From assembly GCA_903813345.2 (NCBI GenBank), contig CAIIXF020000001.1, positions 41,044,001 to 41,108,000 on the forward strand: 64,000 bases of DNA. Direction: 5' to 3'. Each line of letters starts with the position of its first letter. Positions within the stretch are counted from its first letter, which is position 1. Of the stretch, positions 24,501 through 39,500 are shown in pieces. Origin of the DNA: Owenia fusiformis (Eukaryota). Below the pieces are notes generated by a model. It saw only the letters and a program-made list of their open reading frames with translations. It was not told where the DNA came from and did no database searches. A program made the position numbers and the translations under genes.

Positions 24501-27500
24501 TTTATGACAATGTTGTCTGATAAAGATGGTATGTGGACAGACTTAATCTTATAGATAGATTTGAGTTCAATTCAAAATGATGTTCGTCATCCATTCCAAT
24601 CAATAATTTGCTTAGTGCATGTAACAGTTTATTTCACCACAAATATGCTCAAACTGCTGAAAATCTAAAAACTAACGTTCTTAAGAAAATATGATTCCGT
24701 CTCTAATGCATTTTACATACACCAGTGGCTTAAATCCTTAAGCCTGTCAACACCTTTTCAGTCATAATGTTTATATGCTACAACTTAAAAGAGAATAGCA
24801 AAAAAACTTTCTGAATATGAAATTACTTTTTAAATCCCAATTAAAGATACATATGTATTTCCCAATTTACTCATGACTATACCTAAAATATTGTTTACTT
24901 TGTAGAAGTGACTCAAGACTTGTCATCCAAAGGTCTTAGTCTTGTCTATGAGAACAGTGGTGAGGACCAGAGGAGTGGTCTTGTTTCCTCTTTAGTGGAC
25001 ACACTTATGACTGGAAAAAGGTACACTGTCATGTTGTCTGTGACATCATGTGATTATGTAATGAGTTTGAAAGAGCAAAGGTCGTGACACTTGTTGCATT
25101 ATTTAATTCAAAATCACTAAACGTTATAGTTGAGTTGCACTTGTAATTGTTTCTAAAATGGATGGTTTTAAGAATGGATTGACTTTTCTGCAAAAAAAAG
25201 TATGTTTATACAGCTATTACTTTAATCCATATTTTTGAAAATTCTCTGGAATCACAAACACCTCTCATAGGCCATTTCCATATTGTATCAATTGAATCAT
25301 CAAAAATGGATATATACTAACATTGCATGTGGCAATCAAAACATGTGAGTTGTTCATTTTACTTAAAAGTGCTTGAAATATAGTTAATACCTCTTGTTGA
25401 ATTCTAAATCCATTACATGGTCTTGTGTTGACCCTTCATCCAGTTTGTTATGCATTTGCAGGCCCCAGATGCAAGTCACCCAAGACACAGAACTATTTGC
25501 TGAGGGTGCATTGGGAAAAACACCAGATGGGTAAGTAAAAGATATAATATATATTAAGACTTCATACACATGTACCTGTAATGATGCAATATAAATCTTT
25601 AAAATGGTGCGTTAAGAAACATATTGATTGGTATATTTATTGAAAATATAAGATGTGTGTTTTGTTTCCAGGGCAAATATGTCGACCTATAAAGAACTCT
25701 GCTCTATTGCTAATGACTTGAACCAGCCAGACCTCATCTATAAATTTATGCACCTTGCCAACCATAGTGCTATGTGGAACTCAAAAAAGGTATGGCTATA
25801 AACATATAACTGTATATATTTCATATATATATATGTACTTAATTGATATGGACAGTGTCTACTGCATACTTTTTTTCTAAATCTTAGTATATCAGTGTTA
25901 CACATGGAGATATGATTACTCAAGTAGTAAAACATTAGTACTAAATTAGCACTCAGGCAAAAGTGCACTCGTGAGCACTCATGTCACGAGTGCTAATTTT
26001 GTACTAATTCATCATATGAGTACTCATTTAGTGCTGAAAAATCAATGAAATTACAGCTATTTTATCAAATTAGTATTAAAACATGCAATAAATCAGTACT
26101 CATGTCATAAGTGCTCATTTAGTACTTATATTTGCTGAAATGAGTACTCAGTTAGCGTTAAAATGCCATGAGTACTATTTTAGTACTCGGCATATCTCCC
26201 TGTGTAGTGTTCTTCAATATGCAAGGACCAAGTATCAGTCAAATATATATCAATAGATTGCTAGGATTTGAAGAAATTATTTGTATGCTTCAATCTAGGG
26301 TGCAGCTTTTGGATTCAAGACTATAGCAGCTCAGGCTGGTGAGCAACTGGCCCCTATCCTACATAAGATTGTGCCACGATTGTACCGCTACCAGTTTGAC
26401 CCGAACCCCCGCATTAACCAAGCCATGACAAGCATCTGGAATGCTCTTGTATCAGACACAAAGAAAACTGTAAGTTGTGCAGCAATATTAATACCATGTT
26501 ATATTTAATATGTTCAGGCTTGGGTCAAGTTAATTAAATTCTTTTTATCATCTGATGTCTTCAAATTTCGTCTTACGATCTTGCTTTGGTTTCAGGTTGT
26601 CAAATTCAAATGATCAGATTTATATTATATTATATAATGTTATATTATATTATGTTATATTATATTATATCATATTAAATTATATTATATTCTGATTTAC
26701 ATTTTAGGTTGATAAATATCTTGGGGAGATCCTTTCAGATGTTGTGCAGAACTTAACCAACACCCAGTGGAGAGTTAGAGAATCAAGGTACATTGCATTT
26801 TTGCATTGCCTTTTTATTATTGTAAGCCTATAAAATTCCACATGTAATGTGTGTATTGGATGTCATCAACTCTGAATAATATATCATGTTCACCTTAAGT
26901 TGATATCAGTGTGAGTCTAGTAGGTATGAATATTGTTTGTCACTAGTTGTTAAAAAGGATATCAAGTAAAATCATGTGACACTTGATTTATTTCTGTTAC
27001 ATTTCTAAATTGATTTTTGAATTAATGTTTATTTTCAGTTACACCCATATTTGTCGGCTATTTGTCATACCACACAAGTGATGTAATGTTTAGAATATAA
27101 CTTGTATAAATAGTGATATATTTTCATAATCTTGCAGTTGCTTTGCTCTGAATGAACTCCTAAGACGTCAACAGCTTGATGACGTGATTGGTGAGCTGCC
27201 AAACATCTGGGAGATCTTGTTCCGCGTCATGGATGACATAAAAGAATCTGTTCGCACTGCTGCAGATGTTGCTGTCAAAACTCTTAGCAGGGTATGCCTA
27301 TTTGTGATATATTCAAGTTTATTAATGTCCAGCAATGCAGGCTTAATCTTGTTATTCTGTATATCAAATATTACAATGTTAGTTTACCTGTATTTATGAG
27401 GTGAGAGGAATAGAAAATTCAAATTGTTTACATGTGTGATGTGAATGGACCCCCTTACTCAAAATTTGCCAGGTATGATGTTGAGGTATACATTAATATT

Positions 27501-30500
27501 GATATCTAGAATATAAAATTTATTTATGTATATGAATGTAAAACCATGCGCTCTCAAGTGACAATGGTAAACACATTAAAATGTATTCATGTTTTTGAAT
27601 GTAAAGCTATAAAACGTATTTAAATATATGTATATGAATGTAAAGCATGTATTCCATATATGCAATTGTAACTAAAATTAAGTAAAGTCAGTGAAAATAG
27701 AATACTGTTGAATTCTACATAACTCTCATGCTTACAGGTGAGCATTCGTCTATGTGATGTTGACAATGGGAAGCTGGGAGAAAAGGCAATAATTGCAATT
27801 ATTCCAAGTTTGCTTAACATTGGACTAGCAAGTCAAGTGAAAGAAGTAAGAAATATCAGGTAAATAATTTTCTATGTACTACACTATTTACTATGTATAT
27901 CTTTTGATTTGCCCTCAACTTTCGAATTAAAAACCTGGAAATGTGAACACCTTCTAATCCATTCACTTTTGGCCGATCCTAGTGATGTTGGGATTACATT
28001 ATGGATCAACATATTAACACGTATTCTCTGATTACAGTTTGAAAACCATTGTTGAAATAAGCAAGAAGTCAGGCAAGTTGTTAAAGCCTCACGTTCCACT
28101 ACTAACTGGTGCCCTATTGGAAAGTTTGAGTGGTCTAGAAAACCAGGCACTCAACTATGTCAGTCTGCAGTATTCATCCAGCCAGGAGTCGCAAGATTTG
28201 GTAAGTTTTGGAACCCCCATGTCCTGACTGGTACATGTTATATTAGAAAACTTGAGTTTCTTTGAAAGCTGAGGTTCATATATTGTATAATTTGGTGAGC
28301 AGTAGTTTTACTTTGTTGTTTTAGTTGGACAAGGCAAGAATCGCTGCATCAAAAAGCTCTCCAATGATGGAAACTATAAATAGGGTAGGTTCATGTTATT
28401 GTGTGTCAGTTTGTGTCTAAATAAGGCATGCCTAAATCAGGTCGTCCTCCTAAGCAGGTATCCAGAATCCGTACCTCCTTCTTCCCCCTGCTATAACCAA
28501 TTTGGAAGCGCCCGATTAAACTGAATCACGTGATCTCATTTTGCGCAATGACTTATACATGATTTCTGTCGCAGTGTTGCGACAGCCAATCAGATTGCGA
28601 GTTCTTATAATGGGGGAATAGAAAGAATATATTCTGGAATTTGAAGCCCTGTGATCGGAGGGTGAAATCAGGTCAGTCAATCAATGTGACCATGTTCTGA
28701 AACAGCTGGGTCTAACTTGTCGTGCATATAAATACTTAATGAATACATGTGTTTAAATAAAAAAGAAATCAACATTTTTAGTGTTTGGTAAATAGAGTTT
28801 CTTTGGCTTTAGCCCTGTATTATTATATTTTGTACACATTTACTTTTATACAGATATTTTCTCTGTATTACAGGGTATACAATTTGTGGATGCTGAGAAT
28901 CTCCCAGAGCTTGTTGCCATTATCAGCAAGCTTGCAAAGAGTGGTATAGGACTTGGAACAAAGGTATGTTCAAGCTCATTTTGAATCAGATTGCTAATTC
29001 TACTTATTCATTTTTATATATGCCTGTATTTAGAAATTCTAAACCTAGTGACCAAGGGACATTGAAAGAATCCTTTTTTAACATATGTTTTTGCAAAATC
29101 CAAGTGTAATGAAATTTCATCTTGGCCAGCAATGTTTCTATAGAATGTACATTCATAATTTTGGACCTATAAATATATACAATCAGAATAGACTAAGAAA
29201 ATCAAACCTTGCACATTTTGAATATTATCTTCCAGGCTGGTTGCTGTCATGTGATTGTCTCCCTAACAAGGCAATGTGGAGCAGATATGACACCCTTAGC
29301 AGGTAAGTTTCATTAAAGGACCCATGGAATATTTAAACAAGAATAGATTTTGGCTCATATAGTGAATCTTTTGGAATCAAGAAGACATCTGTCTGTTTAT
29401 TGGTTCATCCATCCATCGAAATTGATGATACTTTGAATTTGATGATATGACATATTTTTGAGAAAATAGGCCTTATTTGGAAAAACTAAAAAATGTTACT
29501 TTTAAGAATTGAAAATATTAAAGGGCCCAATATTTAGGGGAAAGAGTTATTTATGCAATATTAACTTGGCCAATGATGACTGTTGATATTTAAAAAATGA
29601 ATTTCATTGTTCATTTATAATTTTTTTCTTTACATTTATTTTAACATACATGTATTTAAGGTAAGCTACTGAGTAACACCCTCCATATGTTACAAGATAA
29701 AAGTGGAGCTATAAGGAAATCTGCTGCTACGGCTATTGGACATCTTGTTAAGGTGAGAATCCTATTATAAGATTTATCTTGTTGAGGTACAGTATGGCAG
29801 TTGATTCTGTGAGATTAGCTATTTAACATGGTTGTTTTTCTATTTTTATGTCACCACCAAAAGTGGTGACATATTGTTATGGTCTCCGTTTTTTTGCGAC
29901 GGCGTCCGGCGGTTGGTGGTTGGTGTCCGGCGTCCGGCGGTTGGCGTCCGGCGTCTGTAACAATTTCTTAAAACTTCCTATAACTTAACAAATACTGTTT
30001 AGACTGACTTCAATTTTTTTCTAAATCATCTACATGTTCTCAGAAGTTCAAATCTGACTTTAGATTTGACATTTGACCTTCAATGACCTTCTCAAGGTCA
30101 AAAAGGTCTTTTTTCAACTTGCTTCACATTGACTAATTTTTTTTTCAAAATCATCTACATGTTCTCAGAAATTCAAATCTGACTTAAGATTTGAGATTTG
30201 ACCTTCAAATCTGACTTTAGATTTGACATTTGACCTTCAATGACCTTCTCAAGGTCAAAAAAGGTCAAAAAGGTCTGTTTTCAACTTGCTTCAAATTGAC
30301 TAAAATTTTTTTTCAAAATCATCTACGTGTTCTCAGAAATTCAAATCTGACTTTAGATTTGACTTAAGATTTGACATTTGACCTTCAATGACCTTCTCAA
30401 AGTCAAAAAAGGTCAAAAAGGTCTTTTTTCAACTTGCTTCAAATTGACTAAATTTTTTTTTCAAAATCATCTACATGTTCTCAGAAATTCAAATCTGACG

Positions 30501-33500
30501 TTAGATTTGACATTTGACCTTCAATGACCTTCTCAATGTCAAAAAAGGTCAAAAAGGTCTGTTTTCAACTTGCTTCAAATTGACTAAATTTTTTTTTCAA
30601 AATCATCTACGTGTTCTCAGAAATTCAAATCTGACTTAAGATTTGACCTTCAATGACCTTCTCAAGGTCAAAAAAGGTCAAAAAGGTCTGTTTTCAACAT
30701 GCTTCAAATTGACTAAAAAAAATTTTCAAAATCATCTACGTGTTCTCAGAAATTCAAATCTGACTTTAGATTTTACTTAAGATTTGACATTTGACCTTCA
30801 ATGACCTTCTCAAAGTCAAAAAAGGTCAAAAAGGTCTTTTTTCAACTTGCTTCAAATTGACTAAATTTTTTTTTCAAAATCATCTACATGTTCTCAGAAA
30901 TTCAAATCTGACTTTAGATTTGACATTTGACCTTCAATGACCTTCTCAATGTCAAAAAAGGTCAAAAAGGTATTTTTTCATCTTGCTTCAAATTGACTAC
31001 ATTTTTTTTCAAAATCATCTACATGTTCTCAGAAATTCAAATATGACTTTAGATTTGACATTTGACCTTCAATGACCTTCTCAAGGTCAAAAAAGGTCAT
31101 AAAGGTCTTTTTTCAACTTGCTTCGAATTGACTAATTTTTTTTTCAAAATCATCTACATGTTCTCAGAAATTCAAATCTGACTTTAGATTTGACATTTGA
31201 CCTTTAATGACCTTCTCAAGGTCAAAAAGGTCAAAAAGGTCTGTTTTCAACTTGCTTCAAATTGACTAAAAAAAATTTCAAAATCATTTACGTGTTCTCA
31301 GAAATTCAAATCTGACTTTAGATTTGACTTAAAATTTGACATTTGACCTTCAATGACCTTCTCAAAGTCAAAAAAGGTCAAAAAGGTATTTTTTCAACTT
31401 GCTTCAAATTGACTAAATTTTTTTTTCAAAATCATCTACATGTTCTCAGAAATTCAAATCTGACTTTAGATTTGACATTTGACCTTCAATGACCTTCTCA
31501 ATGTCAAAAAAGGTCAAAAAGGTATTTTTTCATCTTGCTTCAAATTGACTAAATTTTTTTTCAAAATCATCTACATGTTCTAAGAAATTCAAATATGACT
31601 TAAGATTTGACATTTGACCTTCAATGACCTTCTCAAGGTCAAAAAAGGTCAAAAAGGTCTTTTTTCAACTTGCTTCAAATTGACTAATTTTTTTTTTTCA
31701 AAATCATCTACATGTTCTCAGAAATTCAAATCTGACTTTAGATTTGACATTTGACCTTTAATGACCTTCTCAAGGTCAAAAAAGGTCAAAAAGGTCTGTT
31801 TTCAACTTGCTTCAAATTGACCAAATTTTTTTTTTTTCAAAATCATCTACATCTTTTCAGAAGTTCAAATTTGACTTTACAAGTTCTCAGAAATTCAAAT
31901 CTGACTTAAGTTTGAACTCATAATATTGTGAGCAACTAGGTGGTGACATTTTGTCATGTTAATGCCTTGTATAGTTTTTGTGATCATTTAATACTTTTAT
32001 TGCTAATATATAGGTACATGTATTTGATCATGTGTGGCCATCTTATCTATTGATCTTTCTTGTGATTATTTAATACTGTCTTATATTGTTGTCACAGGTT
32101 GCAAAGGAAAGCAGTGTTGAAAAAGTGATAGTTAAGCTGAAAACCTGGTACCTTGAAAAAGATGGTAAGTTCTGATTATATGTTATCTTTTGTGAGTCTG
32201 AGTCGCATAGGTATTTCTGTACATCTGAGCTGAATGTTAAATTTAAGTTAACAATGATTATGGCACAAAGCAATGAACATCACTATTAATGTCAAATTAT
32301 CACTTTTTGGCCACAAGTTTTAAAATATTGCAAAAATTGCATATACATTTGTTTACTAGTTAGCTTAGTTTATACGTGCACAAGATATGAGACAAAATGA
32401 TACTGAGCAAAAAGCTGCTCTGTATTATACTTCTTACTTAGACCACCAATTTATGGCAAAAAATAAACAAGAATTAGCACAATGAAAAATCAATTGTAAA
32501 ATAACTCACATTTTAGACGAGAACTTAAAAAAGGCATGTGGTGTGACGCTAGCTGCAATAAATCACAATGCCCCTGATGTCCTCCAACGCCACGCTACAT
32601 TGGCCCTGCCTATGGCTTTCTTTGCCAAACATGAAAAGAAGAAAGAGGGAGATGACAAGGCAGGCCCCTGGGAGGATGTCTGGAATGAAGCGACACCGGG
32701 GACTGCAGGAGGACTGAGGCTCTACCTCAAAGAAATTGTGGAACTTGTGGAAAATGGTAACATTATACAGTATAACCTGTAGTTTTTTTTATATTAGATT
32801 TTGTATTGATGTTTTTATCAGGAAACCTGGATATCTAACTATCTATTCAAGGATGTCTTTGTTAGATACAATCATTTGTAATAAATGATCTTTCTTAAAT
32901 GGAAAACATAGTTGCAATTATAGGGATTAAGTCATTTTATCAGAATATCATAATGCTGAGGTCAGGATATCTTTGATATATAACTAAAATCATTAAAATA
33001 CAAAATACATCATATTTCATGTATTTCAGGTATTAAATCTCAGTCATGGGACCTGAAAGCCCAGAGTGCTTCAACTATGGCAAGTATTGCAGAGAGCCTT
33101 GGAACAAGTCTGGTGGACCCCCATCTTACATTGCTGCTAGTGGCCTTGATGAATGGTTTGCCTGGGAGAACATGGACTGGCAAAGAAATCTTACTTCAGG
33201 CTCTGTCCAGTGTGTATGTCTCATGCAGGTAAACCATTTCGACCCTTTGCAAGAGATTGACCTCTCTAGACTCTATAAATTACAATTCCTTGATCTTGCC
33301 AGAATCCAGTTGAAATATGTAGGCAGGAAATAACTACACCACCTTTTTGTGACCAACCAGCATCAATATTTGGCAGAATCAACATACTTTTGAAATCATT
33401 TACTCGTACAATAACTATCAAATTGAATGTATAGTGGCATTTTATATTTGTTATATTTATGCCTTATAATCTACCATGTAAATAAGCTTAAAATAGAGCT

Positions 33501-36500
33501 CCATTCTATAAGTTATTAAATGGTTTGAAGTGCAATACAGGATATATTCTGTTCGAGAAATTTTGTATTGGAACGAGACGAAGTCGAGTGCCAATACATA
33601 ATATTGAGACAGAATATATCCTGTATTGCAATTCAAACCATTCAATAACGTTTTTATCGTGTGCTCCTCTGTATTGCTACTGAGATTGTCCCCTCCGTAC
33701 CAATATTTTCTGTATTGCGACGGAGATGATCAACGGGGACAATCTCAGTAACAATACAGATTGGTACAGCACAAGAATTGACCAATCAGAGGGGTTTATT
33801 TTACAGATCATACGATAATATACTGTACAACGCTTCCTGGTCAACTCAACCCCAAGTCAACTCAACCCAAGTCAACTCAACCCTTAGTCAAGTCGACCCC
33901 AAGTCAAGTCGACCCTTAGTCAAGTCGACCCCAAGTCATCTCGACCCTTAGTCAACTCGACCCCAAGTCATCTGTTACAGTATTACATTCTATTATATTC
34001 ACATTAAGTTTAGTTTATCAATATGCATATACTGTAACTGATCTTCATTAGAGATCTTAGGTCAAGGTCACAATGACATTATATCTTGTAAACATAACTG
34101 AACTGAATGACTCATTAACTCTTGGCCTTCTAGAAAGTACTGGAACTTTAATCATTTAAACAAGATTGAATCATGTGACTTAAGATGTCCAATCAGTGTT
34201 ATTTTCTAGAAATCGTAACTTCTTGAAACATCTGGACTTTGCCTTTGAACTATATAATGAGAGAGCTGATTTGGGCTGTTAGCAGAATTTCAAAGTTGAT
34301 CAAAGGACATCTTCTTAGCGGAATATTACAGACACCTACTGTGGGAACATTTATAACACTACAAACACACAACCTGAGGACTTTATATGGACATATATTA
34401 CAACATACACTATATACGGATTATCATATACATTCGTGGATTATCATAAACATTTGTGGATTATCATCAAACATTATTGGATACAAACATTATAGGATTA
34501 CAACAAATATTATTGGATTATTACAAACGTTGGAGAACTATTAACGATTATTGAAACATTTCGTGATCTGGAACATTCTCAAGGATCGTCAACGACATCT
34601 ATCAACATCAAGAATAAGCCGTATCATTGATTGGACATCACTTAAGTATTAAACCTCCTTTATATTATTGTTATATTATTTAGTTTTCAAAATATAAATA
34701 TATTGTTATCATATTTTAATTGCTGTTTTTACTCTCTGTTATTTTCGAACGTAACAGAAATTGGGGGCTCGTCCGGGAGACAACTACAACAAGCTAGAAT
34801 ACAAATATTTTTAAATTCAAAATCCAAAACTTGTATATTTAAACTGTGAAGACAGCAATTAATTGAAAATGAGTTTTGAGGTTGAGACATTTTTAGAAGC
34901 GCCCTCTTTGGAGGAATTTGACGATTTGAAGAAAACTGAACTTCTGGCAATTGCAAAACATGTTGGCCTGTCAGTCAAAAGCTCATACAAAAAGGATACT
35001 ATTAAAAACTTTGTACTTCAATATTTGGTCGCAGAATCACTTCTGCCTGAGCAGCCAGCCCAACATGTTGACCCTGTTGATCCTATTAAGCTTAAAGAGC
35101 TTGAAATAAGAGAAAAAGAATTAGAAATTCAAAAAGAAAGAGAAATCAGAGAATTGAGAGAAAAAGAATTAGAAATTCAAAATGAAAGAGAAAAAAGAGA
35201 AAGTGAAAAAGAAATAAGATTAAGAGAAAATGAAAGACAAATGAGAGAACAAGAAATTCAAAGAGAAATTGAATTAAAACGCCTTGAGATAGAAGCTCAA
35301 TCAAAAACTGATGAACATGCTACTATGCATCAACATTTTGAAAATAGGTTTGACGCTTCAAAATTTCTCAAATTTGTACCTAAATTTCAGGAGAAAAATG
35401 TTGATAAATACTTTACGCATTTTGAAAAAGTCGCTCAAAGCCTCGATTGGCCTAAATCTGCATGGCCAGTTATGCTCCAGAGTGTATTTATTGGTAAAGC
35501 AAGTGAAATATTTGCCTCTCTCTCTGGAGAAGTATGCTCTGATTATGACCTAGTTAAAAATGCAATTCTTAAAGCTTATGAACTAGTACCAGAAGCTTAC
35601 AGACAAAAATTTAGAAATGCCCACAAACAGAGTGACCAAACCCATGTTGAGTTTGCTCGAGAGCAAGAGCAGCTTTTTGACAGGTGGCTTGTCTCTAAAG
35701 ATGTATCTGAAGAGTTTAAGAAGCTCAGAGAGCTAATGCTTATAGAACAATTTAAAAACTGTGTTCAGTATCACATTAGAACTTACTTAGATGAACACAA
35801 GGTAGAAACTTTGAGTCAAGCTGCCACCCTGTCTGATGATTATGCTCTTACTCATAAGGGTAGTTTTATCAAGGGCAATCCTAACTATAGGGGTTATCAG
35901 GGTAACAAACCTTCATATGACTCTAAATCAAATCAGTCCTCATCATCAAATACATCAAACAAAGCAAAAGACCAGTCTAATTCATCACAGAGTTTTAGCT
36001 CAAAATCTGATCAATCAAATTCTTCAGGTCCAAAATCAAATGTCACCTGTAATTATTGTAAAAAGCCTGGTCATCTTATTTCTGAATGCTATAGGATTAA
36101 GAATAGAAGAGAGATGTCTGGTTCTGCTCATTCAAATGGTTGTGCTACTGTTCCCATTTCAAGAAAGCCCATTGTTTGGGATTCATATACTCATACTGAG
36201 AAATCTACTCATAGTGATATTATGGAGGATTATAAGCCTTTCATGTCGGAAGGATCTGTGTCACTGTCAAGTGATGATACCAATTCAAAGCCTGTTAAGA
36301 TTCTTAGAGACACGGGTGCATCTCAGACTTTGTTGTTAGAAGGTGTCCTTCCTTTATCTGAGGAGTCATTCACAGGTACCCATATTTTGATGCAAGGCAT
36401 TGAATTAGGATTTACTAAAGTTCCCCTCCATCGTATTCATATCACATCAGAGTTAGTCAAAGGGCCAGTTATTGTTGGTGTTAGGCCACAACTTCCTGTT

Positions 36501-39500
36501 GAAGGAGTCGCATTGCTTTTAGGCAATGATTTAGCTGGGGGTAAGGTATCATTAGACCCCATTGTTTCTGATCAGCCTTGTTCTATTGAGGATTCTGTCC
36601 AAGAGGACTCTGATATATATCCTGCTTGTGCTGTTACTAGGGCTATGGCTAAAAAGTTAGCTGATAGCGGGGATTCGTCTGTGGGAGATGACTTTGATAG
36701 TGGGTTTTTAAGCTCCTTGTTTGATGATGAATGTCACTCACCACTTGTTAAAGATGATCCTTATCCTATTTTAAAGGCAAATTCTTCATTGAAACAGCCT
36801 TCTGTTCGAGCCAAGCAGTCATCTATTGAGGCAAATTCTTCATTGAAAAAGCCTATTGCCAGAGGTGATTCACCTTCTGAGCAGGATCACTATTTTAATG
36901 CGGTTTCGCCCGCTCTTGCTAGTCCCGATGAAGTTTCATCTTCTTCTGCTAGTGTTCATGAGGTTTCATCTCCTCCTTGTTCTGAGGTTTCATCCTCTAT
37001 TTCTGATAGTGATTCTTTGAAAAATGATCCTCATTCTAAACACATGTTAATTTATGAACAAGAGCATGATCCATCACTCATTGATCTTCATAAAAGATGT
37101 CTTACTATTGATGAAGCTGACAAGGTCCCTGTTTGTTTCTACAAAAAGGATGGCATATTAATGCGAAAGTGGAGACCTCCTGAAGCTTCCCCTGAAGACG
37201 ATTGGGCAATTGTGCATCAAATTATTGTCCCAAAATCATATCATAAGGAAATCTTGAGTCTAGCTCATGATTCGCCTATGGCAGGTCATTTAGGAGTAAC
37301 TAAAACATACCATAAAATACTCAACCATTTCTATTGGCCCAAATTAAAACAAGATGTCCAAGAGTATTGTAGGTCTTGTCATACATGTCAAATGGTAGGG
37401 AAACCTAACCAGAAAATTCCAACTGCTCCTTTACACCCTATACCTGCATTTGATGAACCATTCAGTAAGGTTCTTATTGACTGTGTTGGTCCATTACCAA
37501 AAACAAAATCTGGTAATCAATATTTACTCACTATTCTTTGTATGGCCACACGGTTTCCAGAAGCGATTCCACTCAGAAATATCAAAGCCAAAAATATAGT
37601 GAAATCACTCATCAAATTTTTCACCTTAGTTGGACTGCCAAAAGATCTTCAGTCTGATCAGGGCTCAAATTTTATGTCAGGCTTATTCCAACAAGTCATG
37701 GATACCTTGGGTATCAAGCAGTGTAAGTCAAGTGCCTATCACCCAGAGTCTCAAGGAGCCCTAGAGCGTTACCATCAGACGCTTAAGACCATGATTAGAG
37801 CTTTCTGTTTTGAATATGAGAAAGACTGGGATGAGGGTATACCCTTGCTTCTGTTTGCTACTAGGGAGGCTAAGCAAGAATCATTAGGGTTCAGTCCATT
37901 TGAGCTAGTATTTGGTCATTCTGTGCGTGGTCCACTTAAATTGCTAAAAGAAAAGTGGCTGACAGAAACTGAAAGGTTTAATTTATTGAACTATGTCACT
38001 GGGTTTAAAGAGCGCCTATCAAAGGCTTGTGAAATAGCCAAAGAAAATTTGCTCAAAAGCCAAGATAAAATGAAAACCTGGTACGATAGAAAAGTCAAAG
38101 AAAGATCATTTCAGCCTGGTGACAAAGTTCTTATATTACTGCCACTTCAGACAAATCCGCTACAAGCAAAATTCTTTGGTCCTTATGTAGTGGATTCCAA
38201 GGTCAATGACCTCAATTATATTGTCAAAACTCCAGATAGGCGCAAAGAAACACAACTGTGTCACATCAATATGATGAAAAGGTACTTTGAGCCAGACAAA
38301 GAGCATGACTCAGTTAAACCTGTTGTCACTTTGGCACCTGCCCTTGTAAAAGAAACTGATCTACAAGATTCAGATGATATCAATTGTACTGATTTAGACT
38401 ATGAAGATATCAAAGGTTTGTCTAGGTTAAAGAACTCTGAAGTATTATCAAATCTAGATCATAAATTGCACCATGTGACAAATGATCAAAAACGGCAAGT
38501 CACAGACTTAATTCATGAGTTCACTGATATCTTCTCTGATGTACCGACTAAGACATCTATAGCTTATCATGATGTTGAAGTCCAAGATGTAACCCCTATT
38601 AAGCAACATGCTTACAGAGTAAATCCATCAAAATCAGAAGATTTGAGAGCTGAGGTCAATTATATGTTAGAAAATGACATAATTGAAAAGAGCAATAGCC
38701 CATGGAGTTCACCAGCTTTCATTGTACCAAAATCAAATGGTGGACGTAGGCTAGTAGTTAATTATATCAAAGTGAATCGAGTAACAAAGACCGATTCTTA
38801 TCCCATACCACGAATTGACGACTGTATTGACAAAATTGGAACTGCTAAATATGTCAGTAAATTTGATCTCCTCAAAGGATTCCTAGGGGTTCCATTAACT
38901 GAAAGAGCAAAACAGGTATCTGCCTTTGTTACTCCTGATGGTTTGTACCAATTTAAAGTTATGCCATTTGGTATGAAAAATGCACCTGCCACATTTCAAA
39001 GAATGATGAATGGCTTATTAGCAGATCTCGAAAACACTGGTGTCTACATCGATGATGTAATTGTCTATTCTGACACTTTTGATGAACACATGTGTTTGCT
39101 GCGTAAGTTGTTTGAAAGAATCTCTTTAGCCAATTTAACCATCAATTTGGCTAAAAGTGAATTTTGTAAAGCCACAGTTGAATATCTGGGCCATGTGGTG
39201 GGTCAAGGGCATGTTAAACCAGTGAGTGCCAAAGTGGAATCAATAATACAACTCCCAGCTCCTACTAACAAGAAAGAATTAATGAGAAGTCTTGGAATGG
39301 CTGGCTTTTATAGGAAGTTTTGTCCAAATTTCTCTTCAATTGCTCTTCCATTGACCAATTTACTTGGAAAAAACATCAAATATGTGTGGTCTGAACAATG
39401 TCATACAGCCTTTGATAAAATCAAGGCCATACTAAGTGAACAACCAGTGCTTGTTGCACCTGATTTTAGCAAGCAATTCAAAATTCAAGCAGATGCTTCT

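Noticed and set aside
28434..28674. Segment bounded by the direct repeat aaatcaggtc
   Set aside because: Probably a small insertion, but the ends are ambiguous and the TIRs too weak to classify.
30020..31910. Regular repeat array as a possible CRISPR
   Set aside because: Head-to-tail monomers with no unique spacers, inside a eukaryotic intron, with no cas genes.
34239..34544. 101-aa ORF, repeated at 40363-40668
   Set aside because: It lies inside both LTRs, starts at a non-ATG codon and overlaps short ggatta repeats; the duplication only reflects LTR identity.
34762..34778. tRNA-like sequence
   Set aside because: It is only the 17-nt primer-binding site, not a tRNA gene.
35311..36339. Alternative-frame ORFs overlapping gag-pol (also 38798-38992 on minus)
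   Set aside because: Shadow ORFs with no recognisable motifs; the main frame is uninterrupted.
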